From contig NC_088858.1 in NCBI RefSeq assembly GCF_963853765.1, positions 5,766,001 to 5,830,000 of the forward strand: a stretch of 64,000 nt of DNA, read 5' to 3'. A program made the translations under genes and the position numbers. This DNA comes from Magallana gigas (lineage: Eukaryota). Of the stretch, positions 25,743 to 41,106 are shown piece by piece (position 1 is the stretch's first letter; each line of letters begins with the position of its first letter). The notes beneath the pieces were generated by a model that saw only the letters and a program-made list of their open reading frames with translations, did not search any database and was not told where the DNA came from.

Positions 25743-26327
25743 TAGCTGCAGGTCTGTAGCTCCCGGTCTGAAAAAATTCGGATGGACGACCTGGGAGCCA
25801 CAGTGCCTCCCATAGTAAAAATCTGCAATTTACGGCGCACAAAAAATTGCGCTATATTTGGACTGATTAACCTTATTTGCACACAAATTCTGTGAAAACA
25901 GTTAGTACCATTCATTTTTTCAGAAAATTTACCACTGCAGATATCATTACTTTACTTGCCTCAGACTTTCTATTAAACATGCTAACCGACCTCGGAAAAC
26001 GAAGTATATTAATTTACCTCGAGATCTCGAGTCGCCATTTTCACGTGTAAACAAACTGCTCCACTTCACTTTTACGGGACTGGTGATGGTGTTTAAAAGA
26101 ATATCAGAGGCAAGTGAAGTGACAATATCTGTAGTAAAATGTCCGAGGAATTTTTTGGAATCAAATATTTGTACAGAATGTGTTTGGAAATAAGGTTAAT
26201 CAGTCCAAAGCTTAGTAGCGCACTTTTTTGTGCGCCGTAAATTGCAGATTTTTATTATGGGAGGCACTGTAGCTCCCAGGTCGTCCATCCGAATTTTTTC
26301 CGACCGGGAGCTACAGACCTGCAGCTA
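25743..26327. mobile_element. Mutator-like (MULE) MITE with ~230-bp TIRs and 9-bp TSD
   Basis: TAGCTGCAGGTCTGTAGCTCCCGG...CCGGGAGCTACAGACCTGCAGCTA; AGGAACATT duplicated at 25734-25742 and 26328-26336. Confidence 0.9.
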
Positions 26328-26450
26328 AGGAACATTGTGACATATTGTAAACAATAAACTATTGATTAAATTTTAAATTTCTTGTACATGTGGGTCGAAA
26401 CAGTTCATGTTTAACTTCTCTTGAGTTGACATGCCTTCCTAATCATTTAA

Positions 26451-29197
<2,747 letters not shown>

Positions 29198-29506
29198 TAA
29201 TTAAACTAAGATTTAAATTTCCTTTCAATAAATCATTCACTGGTTGTTTGTGTGTAAGAGTTATTGTTCCTTACTTAAAGGTCGTGAGATAAATTGGTGC
29301 GAATATACCGAAAAACAAAAAACTCACCCAACTGCACCGGTGGCCATCAAATCAGACAACTTTGTTTAAACACTTTCCAAGGCTACGCCTCATAATACAC
29401 TGCAATATTACACTCGCTAGTAATTGATCGAAAAGAATGTGAAAGTTTAAGTAGTTTTATTTCAACAATATAGTAATTGATAAGTAATGAGTTGAGGAGT
29501 ACAACA

Positions 29507-32500
29507 ATGGGTACTAAAGCCTCCGTGCAGGGTTCCTCCAGAACCAATGTTAAGAAGAATGGAGAACCCCGGGAGCCGGACGAGGAAGATGTGAGTGACG
29601 ATTCGTTATATCATCATATTATAAATAGCTTTGTCTGTCTATGAATTATTGACCAAGAAAAATGATAAAATTTTCAAACAATCGAAATATAATGATATTG
29701 TAACGTTATCGTTTTTTTATAGCGTATTTTATGTACCACGTATGTACCATGTAATAAATAAAGTACCAGCTGTTTAAAACAGATTGATTGTATTACATTT
29801 GTTCGATTTTTTTTAGGTTGACGTTCCCGAATTTCCACCTGATGAAGACTACCCTCCCCCAAAACAAAACTCGCAGAAAAAGAACGACATTTACGAACCT
29901 TCGCGGTACAAGGACGTCCATAAGCACGTTAAAAATGTACCTCGGTTTTATTCAAAATTAGTTCGCCTCAATTTTTCTACTTTCAAATCCGCACTATAAT
30001 TCACAATTACTAAAATATCTGTTGTGTTATTCTATTTTTCAGATTCCCGCAAAGATTGATATGTCATTCAAAAAATTGCTGAACTACCTTGTACAACCCT
30101 TTAGGACTGATATGCAGAAGTTGCGTGCGCTGTTCATGTGGCTATGCGTGCAGCCCGTCACAACTGCCAGATACAAAAGTTTGGAAGGTTATTTCCCTGA
30201 AGATCTTGCTAAGACCCCTCGAGGTTTTATGAAGCTCATCAAGGAGGGGAAGGCTTCTTATGCATCCCTGTTTGCCGTTCTGTGCAGGTAAAACACAAAT
30301 TACGATATGTCAAACGATTTCTATATGACCTTTAATTAACCTTACAAAGTTAAAACCTGCACGCATAGTTCATATCAGTTTCACGAAAACATGAATTCAA
30401 TTATTATAGAAAGGTGCAAACACAATTTCGTAAAGGGTGGTATATTACTCAAATCCGAATATAAATGAACTATGAAATCATAAATGACAACTATTGATTA
30501 GTGTATTCTGTTTTTTTTTTAATTTGTAGAAGATCGGGGATCAAATGCGTAATAATAAAAGGGGTGTGTAAGAGCGCTGGCTATGAGGTAGGGACTTCTG
30601 ACACACTGAAGAACCTTCGGACCAAGTGGAATGCCGTGTGGGTCAATGACAGCTGGAGGTTAATTCACCCATTGTGGGCGTGTCAGACGGTGGTAGGTAA
30701 GTCCGAGCTCAACGATTGGACGGCGAACGACGACGAGGAAGAAAACACCGAGGGCTGGACGGTGCAGAAAATCAACGAGTTCTTCTTCCTTACAGACCCA
30801 CACGATTTTTTGTACTTCTGTTTTCCCGATGACCCAAAATGGCAACTGCTGATCCTACCGTATGATCTGAGAAAGTTTGTCCGCGTTCCGTTCCTTCAAG
30901 AAGCGTACTTTAGGCTCGGGCTACGGCTCGTCACAGAACAGAGCTGTATTTTGAACGATATCGATGGAGCTGTGGACATTGGGTTTCGAGTTCCCGAAGA
31001 TTACCCAATACAAATGAATTATGAACTGTTTTATAAGAGAGACGAGTCCGATGTTGACCTCGACAGCAGGACCTCTCTGAACAAGTTTGTTGTAATGAAC
31101 TTTGAGGACAATATATGGTCTTTTATCGTTAGGTTTCCAGTTCCAGGTGTTTACAAACTTTCAATTTTTGGCGGCCATATTGATCGTGATCACGTGCCGT
31201 GGATCGCGGACTTCCGACTTATCTGTAAAAATACTCGTGATAACTGTGTTCCCTTTCCCGATGCGCCGTGGATTGGAGTGGGCTATTCATACGAGGCCCA
31301 AAAGGCGGGACTAGCGGACCCATCCCACAAATCAGGAATCATCGTTATGAAACCTCATCAAGAAATCCACATGACGTTAATGATGGAAACATTTCTTAAG
31401 ATGAAAGTGCAGTTTTTACATGTCATTCTGAGTGAAGAAGACCTAAAGGAAAAGTTTTACTTCAAGAGAATAGTTGGGAGGATGGACATTATCGGGAAAA
31501 TACCTCAGCATGGCGACTATCTCATCAAAATTTTTGGGAAGCCTAAGGGTACAAGGGGAGAGTTAAAGAACATCTGTAACTATCTTATTACCACGGAAGA
31601 TCCAAGGCCTTCGGGGAAAAGGAGGAAAGGGTGGGAGGTAATCAAGTGTTATTTTTAAAAAATATATATAAATTACATTTACACGCCAATTAAGCAAAGG
31701 TCATGATGCATAGCTTGTACTTACTGCCAACCGGTAATTAAAATACACTTACAACATAAATTATACTATAATCTTTTTTATACACTGAATCTTTTTGCAT
31801 TGTGTTTCGCACTTTTCATTTTATTGATATTTACTTTATCTTTAAAGAATGCCAGAGAAAAGAATCTGAGAAAAGACGTGAAAGAAGCGACCAATGTGAA
31901 GGACATTGAACGACTGAAGCTGAGCATAGATAAGTTTGTGGGTGCCGGTCTGGAGGATAAAGGGGACTACAGCAAAGCCTCGACCAGGCTGGAGTTTCTG
32001 GAGGTCCAGCAAGGTTAGCTATAAAGTTGTAGTTGAAAGATCTATGAAAATATTAATTTTAACAACGCTTATTATGGCTAGCGATTTTAATAATTTTGTG
32101 AAGAGAAAAAGAAGCATAACTGTTTTGTATCACACTTTTTTGTAGCATTGATAGAGGCAATACAGAGAAGGAACGAAAAAATCCTTATCCCAGCGATCTC
32201 CATGGCGAATGGATCGGGATACAAAAAACGTCTGACTTTATTGATAAAAAAAGCCGAGGAAACTTTGGAGGATTTACGGTGTCTCGGAGGATTCCAACAC
32301 CCGATTCCAGACCTCAACAAACCAATCATTGCAGAGCTTATGAACTACGTCAGCCCACCATTAATCGTCCGTGACATCATGACTGCAACCTTCCTTCTGC
32401 TGGGCGAAACAGAGGAAGAACTAAAGGTACATATTTGTTGTTATCCAATGCCATTAGAATTCATGTTCATTTGTTTCAAACAAATGACAGGGGTATTACT

Positions 32501-32952
32501 ATCATTTCATTGTATCAAAATTTAATACAATGGATTGATACTTACACCCTTGTCCTTTTTAACTTTTTCAGTCCTGGGAGTTCATAAGGCTTCTGATGAG
32601 GACAACAGGAAGGAACAGTCTTCTGCAGCGCTTCCAGCGATTTATCCTGACAGAGGTTCCAACAGAGGTACAAACCAAGGCAGAGAATATGTTTAAGAAG
32701 TTCACTGAGGACGAAGTAAGGAAAACCAGCGCAGGCGCAGCCTCGTTCTTTGTGTGGGTAAGTGCAGGATCAGCGCGGCAATTCCTTTACAGTATACTTC
32801 CTTAAACTGAAGAGAATTTATTCAAGCTAAAAATAGTTTCATGATTGTTTGGAAACTTATTGGTCTTGGGATTTTTTTTTCAGATTCAAAAAGTGATGAC
32901 AAAACCCGACCCCAGCCCTGTACCAACAGATGGACAGAAACGGAAAAAGTGA
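29507..32952 (+). CDS. H1: hillarin/KY-like pseudo-transglutaminase with C-terminal dynein-MTBD-like domain (8 exons)
   Basis: MGTKAS start; YPPPK; LRALFMWL; SYASLFAVLCRRSGIKCVIIKGVCKSAGYEVG..KWNAVW..WRLIHPLW; FFLTDP..CFPDD..WQLL; two Ig-like modules; helical C-terminus; ends QKRKK*. Confidence 0.88.
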
Positions 32953-33523
32953 AGCAGGAAATCTTACAATGGAATGTAGAATGCATTGTTGTTATGATTT
33001 AAAATAAACTTGACTGTATAAAAGTGTTACATGCGTAATACATACAAAACTACATATGAATCACCCTGTTATCTGTAGTTTACACAGGCAGAAACGTATA
33101 TTATAAACAGTGCTACATGTATATTACAGTAAACATTTCAAATTAGTTCTTTTGTTTTATTCAATTACAAAATAAGACGAGAACTTTATAAACTGTATTA
33201 AACTCAATACCTCCGTATATGCTACAATTTAACGTGTAGAGAAATAACTCTCGTTTGAATAGTAAAAAGACACTTTATTATCAAGCTTTCTAAAGCTTTT
33301 AGGAACATCAATAAAGTTTTTTTACAGTTCATTATAAGTGTTCCTTGTGGTCCAAAAAATCGTTACACTCTATTTTGGAATTTAAATATGGTAAAGAGAG
33401 AAAAATCTATAAACGAAATCGATGTGTAGTGTTTAGTCTTTGATCTTTTATTGTTTCGCGCGTTATATTCTGGACAGAGGGGTTGCAATATTTCCGGTCG
33501 GCTGCTTGGATACGCTGTCATCG

Positions 33524-33531
33524 TGACGTCA
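33524..33531. promoter_or_regulatory. Palindromic CRE (TGACGTCA) near the putative non-coding first exon of H2
   Basis: TCGTGACGTCAT, ~25 nt before the donor CAAG|GTATGT (~33555). Confidence 0.4.
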
Positions 33532-34074
33532 TTGATTAACGCCTCCGAGTGCAAGGTATGTCTGAGATTATATTTTCCTTCTTTTTCGATATATTATTAC
33601 GGCTTGTTATAAATATATATTAATAAAATAAAACGCAGAAACAAATTAACTATTTGTTTTACTATGTATCATACTTTAAAGTCATTGTGTTACAAATGTC
33701 CTAATTTGCCTTTTTAAGCCTTATTTATAAAACTGGGTTTTATTATTTCATAGGGAAATTGGTTTGTGCAGTGTTGAGACTGAACGTTTACTCAAGAAAA
33801 CTATCTTAAAATACAATTAACTTGACGTATGATGAAACATTTTATCTCCAAACAGGAATACTTTTCTCTGGGTTAGGAAATTCGCAAAGTAAAGCACAGT
33901 GTTCTTAGAAAGAGTAATCAATTAATAATTTGTCACTCGTTTGAATATAAATCTAGCATTCGATCTAATGATTTTTTAAACATGTATGCATAATTAATTT
34001 CATCGATATTGTGTATCATCAGATAAGCTTTTTGCAGCACTGACAATCCAAGATAACTTGTCAAAGACCATATC

Positions 34075-34095
34075 GGGGGGGGGGGGGGGGGGGGG
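34075..34095. repeat. poly-G tract (21 nt)
   Basis: Direct reading. Confidence 0.95.
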
Positions 34096-34754
34096 CAGGT
34101 ACTTTTACCCTTTGAATGCCCAACCCACGGTATTTATTCTTTTTTATTGCTCTCACCCCCACACAACCTTTCATTTACGTATTATTTTGGACCACTTTTA
34201 ATGAAAATACTGAGTATATGCAAAAAATGAACACACTGTCAACGTTTCTGTGTATTTAAAATCATTACCATTAGATGCCAATCGATTAGATTAACGACAG
34301 TTCACATAAAATTTATATCAGTGAAACAATTAAATAATTCATTCAGTGCTGTGTTTATTTGTTATTCCACCATATGTCAATGGATCGTTAAGGGGGTTAT
34401 AACCCATTTAACTGAAACCCAAGATTTACTTAGTTCTTTTACTGTCAATAACAAAACAATTCATGATAAAACAAAGTACAAGGCCAATTAAATACCCGAT
34501 CTCGATCATTTAAAGATAACAATAGGCTTCTATTATTGATAACAGATTATCCTTGGGAAGGAATAACAGATATACATGTATATATAAGAATTCTCCAATC
34601 ACACGGACTATTTCCATCAGGTAGGCAGAGTTCAACCAGAACCACCATTTTATCATGATTTTATTTCTTATGCCTTGTTTTCATTTTCAAATAAAGTTTA
34701 AAATGCTTATCTTTAATCAAGGGAATTCCATGATGTGTAAGGTGGCGGACTAAC

Positions 34755-37700
34755 ATGGGAGGAGGAGCTAGTAAGACCCCCAAACAGGAGGCACCCACGG
34801 GATATAGCAGTGTACAACCAACACAGCAGCCTGCTGACCAAACCGAGCTGGACCAGAACCAAGGCGTGTCCGTCTCCATTAGGCCCCCCTCTGGGTACGA
34901 GGACGAACCTTCAGGGCCACGGAGAGAGTCTGACACCCCCAATTCTCCGGCGGAGGGATATCGGAGTGATGGGGTCAGCGGGGGCATTCTCGATCCCCTG
35001 CAGGAAAACACCAAAGATGCGGTAAGGGGCGCCGGTATGGTGTAGAACATTATTACTTCAATCTTTGATGGGTTGAAATGAAAATGATACATTCTTAAAT
35101 TGACTATTACAGTCTAGTGAATAGAAGTCAATAACGATTATTTAATTAAAATTATTGTTCCGGAGAAAAGGACGCCTTGATAAGTTTGATTTTTCTCAAT
35201 GTACAAAAAGCCACAAAGTCTAAATAAAGTTTAACGAGGCCTGGTCTAATTTCTTCTGCCCTAGATTTTTGAATGAAATTTTTTACATGAATTTCTACTG
35301 ATATAATTATTATTATAAGATAAAAAAGTAAGACATTTACCACACCGTTTGTTTATTTTTGGAAGTTTTAAGATTTTCCTGACAATTTTATCATAGTTTG
35401 AAAAAAAGTTTGAGACTGTTAAATAATTTCATTACATGTTGAATTGGTAATGGATAAAAATAGCGTTTTATCAGTGCAAAAAGGTCAAAATATCAATTAG
35501 GTGAAGAAATTGTAACATTTTTCTTTATGATCATTTTAATTTTATTTATTTTAAATAATATAAATTTGTATTTGGTGCCATGGTTCATTCCGATAATAAA
35601 ATATAGAGGGAAAATCGGTTTATGTGCAATCTGCACTTTCAGTGCAGAGAAGTCATATTAAATACACCGTAGCGCCAAATGAAGCATATAGACCCCAAAA
35701 TTTTGTTTTTAACTTTGGTTAAGCTATGTGTGTAGATTTAAAAAAAATACTTTAGGAAAAAACTTTAAGACTTTTGATCGCAGGATCCAACGTCCTTAAA
35801 CATACATAACCAACCGACTTACTGCAATGTATTAGTTCTGTATAACTACTAGTATCTTCATTTTTGTTTCATATAGCAACCTAACTATCGGTAAATTTTT
35901 TCTGTAAAATGGCTATATTTCTAAAATCATTTTGCTTGATTAACAATCAATTCATTCTATCATTCTCGTTAAAACCTCTGCTGGCTCCAATGGCTTAATG
36001 TGACATGTAATGACATAGGTCTATTTGTATTCTTTTTTTCATGCTTCTCCCAGGCCAATATTCCTGTTAACGAGACTGGCTACCCTCCACCCAAACCAGC
36101 TGTCAACCGGAAGTCCGACATTTTGAGACCTGCTGACATCGCGGAGGGTGACAAAAGAGCGAAACAGGTACATTCATAATTATCGGTGTAGATCAAACTC
36201 TGCATACCTAAGTGGGCTCGGCAAATTTGTCCTGTCACGTATTTGTATCCTCTTACAAACGTCACTTGTATTTCAAAACAGTGGTCATGCATCTTATATA
36301 CAAATTATGATTAACCTTTTAAAATCAGATAATAAAACATACACTAAGGACTTTCAGTATTCTAATACGTCCCTTGGTCAAAGCATATACATTTTATTCA
36401 ATCTATGATGGCTGTTACTCATTAATTAGATCAAACCTGGAGACGCCAACACATTTGAAGACCTAGCTTACCTCCTGACGAAAGGGATGTCACGTGATGT
36501 CCAGCAAATTCGGGCTATCTTCTCCTGGGTCGTTACACAGAATGTTCAAGAGATTGAATTCCCCGCAAACGTTATCCTGGATTCTCACATGGACATACTG
36601 AGACGCATGAGAGATGGGCAGTCGTCTTATACCACTCTTTTTACATTACTCTGCCGGTATGTGAATGTTAACACATGTTTGGGAGAACTGAAAAGTACGC
36701 CTAAACATTTTGAAGACGAAGTGTAAGTTCAGTTTATGATGCGAATGTCGCTTACAATTTTGTTCTTATTTTAGAGCAGCACATATCCCTTGCGTCATAA
36801 TTCACGGAATTGCAAAGAGCGCTGGATATGAAGTTGGTCATAAGGATTTGAAACATCTGCGGAACTTGTGGAACGCTGTTTTCATTAATGGTGGATGGCG
36901 TTTTGTGTTTCCATTGTGGGCGTGCCGAGCTGTAAAGAAGCATGCGCCTGGAGATTGGACTCTGGTGGACTCAAAGGGTAATAGTTAATGCATATATTTG
37001 ATTAAGTTTACGAATTTTATATTAAAAAAAAGAATTACTCTGGATATAATATTATCAGAATAGTTCAAATACACGACTTCATATATGTAATTTAAAAAGT
37101 ACATAAATTATCAGAACAATGGTCCCGCAAAGACGTGGGGCTAAATTGTGTCTGGGTTTTTATGTTACATGTATACATGCCACTTATCATCAACATTTAA
37201 TTTCATACGTGTATTTAAATTCTATTTAAACTTTGTGGCTTAAATTTGACGTATTATTCACTCTTCAAAGTGACCAATAAAATATTTTAAAACATTAACA
37301 CAAAAAATAACCGCAACAAAAATGGCGCATATTGTGCCAACAGCAACTATAACTGGACCCTGATTCCTGAGTTTGAAAGTTCTTATATCGCAAACCGGAA
37401 GCTCCAACCTTCCAGGCTACGGCGCAGTATCTTTACCAAAACGAGGCCTCTTGTATCAATCTTAATCGTACACATGCTACATAATTAAATGTGAAAAATT
37501 TGGCGTCTTTGTATTTTGTATTAGTAAAAAATCATATATGTTTGATTTATCTTGATATCTAACTTCATATTTTGGAACAGTGAACGATATAAGTGAGAGA
37601 ATAGACATTGATGAAGACAGCGTCAGTACCACCAGTGACCACTATTTCCTTACCGACCCAGAGGAGTTCATACACCGCTGCTTTCCAGATAAGCCCGATT

Positions 37701-40087
37701 GGCAGCTTCTGAGAACGCCCCTCACAAAGGATGAGTTTCTTGACATGCCCTTTCTCATGCCGCCATTCTTTGACTACAAATTAAAACTTCTGACAAAACC
37801 CAAGTGTGTTCTGAGTTCTAAGGACGGGATGTGTAACATCTCGATAAAGAGTCCTCAAATCGAGGACATGTTGATGACCTATGAACTTTACTATGACGTT
37901 AGGGAGTCGGGTTCCTCCTTACCCTCAGGGGTTCCCATGGACAGATGTGTGGCCATTATGCAACAGAAAGGAAAAATCGCTTTTAGTGTTCGATTTCTAC
38001 ATCCGGGGATCTACCGACTCGACATACATGGATCTTTGATAGGAAATGCTTTGTCTTTGTTAGGTTCCTTTAAGCTTGTTTGCAATAAAACCAGAGACAA
38101 CATCAAACCCTATCCCTGTAATCCGGACATCGGGTTTGGTCCGAACCTTATAACGAACCAGTCAGGCTTATTGTCCGAATCACATCACGAAAGTTTAATT
38201 AGCTTTAACTGTAGGAGGGGGACTGAAATAATATTTACAATGTCAAAACAGATGCAAATTCAAACTAAACTGTTTCACCAGACGATAGATGGTCAACAGT
38301 TAAAGGAGTATGTTTCTCACAGAAAGATTGGGAACCAGCTCTGTATCTTACTTGCAATCCCACAGAAAGGAGAATATGTACTCCAGATAAACAACAGATG
38401 GATGGAAGAGCCTGAATTCCAGAACGTATGTAACTACTTACTGGAGGCAGGGGACGGGGAGAAGAAACCACGGAACTACGAGGTATTTTAACATTTTACC
38501 ATACACTTCTCTAAATAACGCAACTTTTTAGTTAAGTACTGTGTTTCTTTTTTAATTTTGATTTGCATGTTAACTGAAAAATGGAATATCAACCAAGCTG
38601 CATTCTTCATGCGGCTTTCCATATATATCGTACCCATTTGGACATGCACGTGTTTTCTGTTTTTATTATAAGACGCCTTCAGAAAAGAAACTAAGATGCC
38701 AACTTCACGAGTCCCTGCGCTCTATGGACCCTGCTTTTGTTAAGCGCGCTATCGACCAGTTTTGTAAGTCTGGTCTGGAGGACAGCGGGGAGACCCAGCA
38801 GGCCCGGGACAGACTAGTGTACCTGAAGCTCTCAAAAGGTCTGTATGTAGACTGAACCAAACGTGAAAAGCTCTGCTTGGCCTTTACAACATTAGAAGTA
38901 TATTCTGATTGATTTTTTTGTATGAAGAAAAAAGGTTTGATTTATCAATACACCTCTCTAAAACAATCGCCCACCACACCTTAAAAATTGTATGACAAAT
39001 ATAAACAGTTTTAGGAAAGAAAATATAAATTTAAAAAAAAGGAGAAGATAAAACATTGTCTATAACACACGTGTGAAAGCTTGAAAAATGTTAGACGATC
39101 TGATGTATCTACAGGTCTGAGAGACAGCATTAATAGAAGAAACTTGGAAGCTCTAGAGGAGAGTGTCCAACCAGCCAAATCCTCTAAGTTCTCCCACAAA
39201 CTGCAGCCACTGATCCAGAAAGCAGAGGAAGAGGTGGCGGATCTAAAGAAGACGGACAAACACGCTCATGACATTCTAGAAATGAATTTACTCACGGTCA
39301 CAGAACTCCGCAACTACAAGACCCCCAAACCGATAGTCCATGACGTCATGAAGGCCACTTTTATTCTTCTAGGAGAGAGACAAGACTTGCTCGAGGTAAA
39401 ATACACTCTATACTTCATAAGTAGATGATTACAATGAAACAGTGCGCTCAGTATTTTTAGTACTGTATAAAAATGTAAATTATTTTTTGTTGGTTGTTAT
39501 TGGAGGACTGGATGGATGTTCAGAATCTGATGTGGAAGATTGGAAAAGAAGCTCTGATGAAGAGGATTGAAAACTTTGACAAGGACAGTGTAGATGAAAA
39601 ATTGGTCAAGGTGGCAGCACGATGTCTGAAGCCTTATGACGAGGACATGGCGCACGCTACCAGCGCTGGATGTGGGACTTTTTACGTCTGGGTATTTTAC
39701 ATGTTCTATCACAAGTGTGTAGACTGTTCCTAAACCTAGTTTCTGTCATGAAAACTGTTCAATTATATCAGGCAATATTGACTATGTTTTAAATTTCATT
39801 TGTTCGATTAGGCAAACAAGATCGTGTCCGAATATGCAAATGATGAGAAAAACGAGAAGCAACATCAAACATCGAGTCACTATAAAAGTAGTTCCAAAAG
39901 AGAGTACTCCGCCACCGATCCTTACAGCGGTGACGAAGATGAGGGGGTGGATAACGAACTGGACCAGTTTAGTCTTGACGGGGACGTTTCAACAGACCCT
40001 CGGGGTCGGTCCAATCACTCCCACGGTGGGGTTAATAACCCGGATGAAATTCGACATCATGAAGCAGATGACGGGTACAATTCTTGA
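34755..40087 (+). CDS. H2: hillarin/KY-like paralog (9 coding exons) with acidic C-terminal tail
   Basis: MGGGASK start with extended N-terminal exon; GYPPPKP; IRAIFSW; SYTTLFTLLCRAAHIPCVIIHGIAKSAGYEVG..NLWNAVF..WRFVFPLW; MTBD-like exons at ~39265-39830; ends GYNS*. Confidence 0.88.
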
Positions 40088-40449
40088 GGCAACGGACTGT
40101 ACAAAACACCAATAGAAAACCACAAATATGTAAAAGTGCATTGTGTCAAAATGTATATAAAATGTTTACCTAAGGTTGTTAAATTAATGTTCAATGAATT
40201 AAAGGGCAATATGACAGGCTGAACGTTCAAGTCTCTTTTGTACTCCAAAACCCCGACTGCCATCAATTGAATTCTCTTTAATCAGGAGTTATAATTAAGG
40301 CATACCCGTTGAACCAACCTTTAATGAAAAGTTCCCCCACCATTAAATTTACAGTTAGTAAATACATGCACATTTTGTTCTGCATGATTACCCCCCCCCC
40401 CCCTTTTAGTATTTTTTTTAAATCTGCTAAAAGCTTCGCAGAAATCAGT

Positions 40450-40454
<5 letters not shown>

Positions 40455-40510
<56 letters not shown>
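40455..40510. repeat. (TC)n microsatellite
   Basis: About 28 units. Confidence 0.97.
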
Positions 40511-40514
<4 letters not shown>

Positions 40515-41106
40515 ACGCTAATATATGCTGAATCGATAATCAAAAGTCTTTAAAAAATAACAGACAGTTTTGATCATCTTTAAACATTTGGAATTCCTCT
40601 TTCTGACAATTATATTTTAAAAGCTACGGATTTATGTATAGTGAAGTGCAGTAATAAATGGAAAAGCCATCAAACATTGGACTGAATACGAGTTTAAACT
40701 CTTGAGTCACGAATATTTATTCTATAATGGTTGTCATTCTTCACGTAAGCCCATTGAGAGCGTTTTTCCCAATTACGTCAACTGAGTACTGGAGACGGTG
40801 TTTTCTCCTGCAATACACATCACAGCGCAGGTAAGTAACGGGGTTTCTTGTCTAGTTCTCTATTTTCATTGAACTCGGTATGCTCTAAAATACAATGAAA
40901 ATTTTTTCTTTGTTAAGAGATAGACCACTTTTTTGAAATCTAAACCAATTTAACTGAAAGTAAACACAAGAGACAGCGAGGGGGTGCAGATGGCCAGGTA
41001 TCTGAACTCATTTCAAGTTTTACATTAAGTAAACACCCCCTTGGATCTTTTAAGCTGGCGTTGACAAGCAGAGTGTGTAGGTTCTGTGCATGAAGTATTC
41101 GGACTG

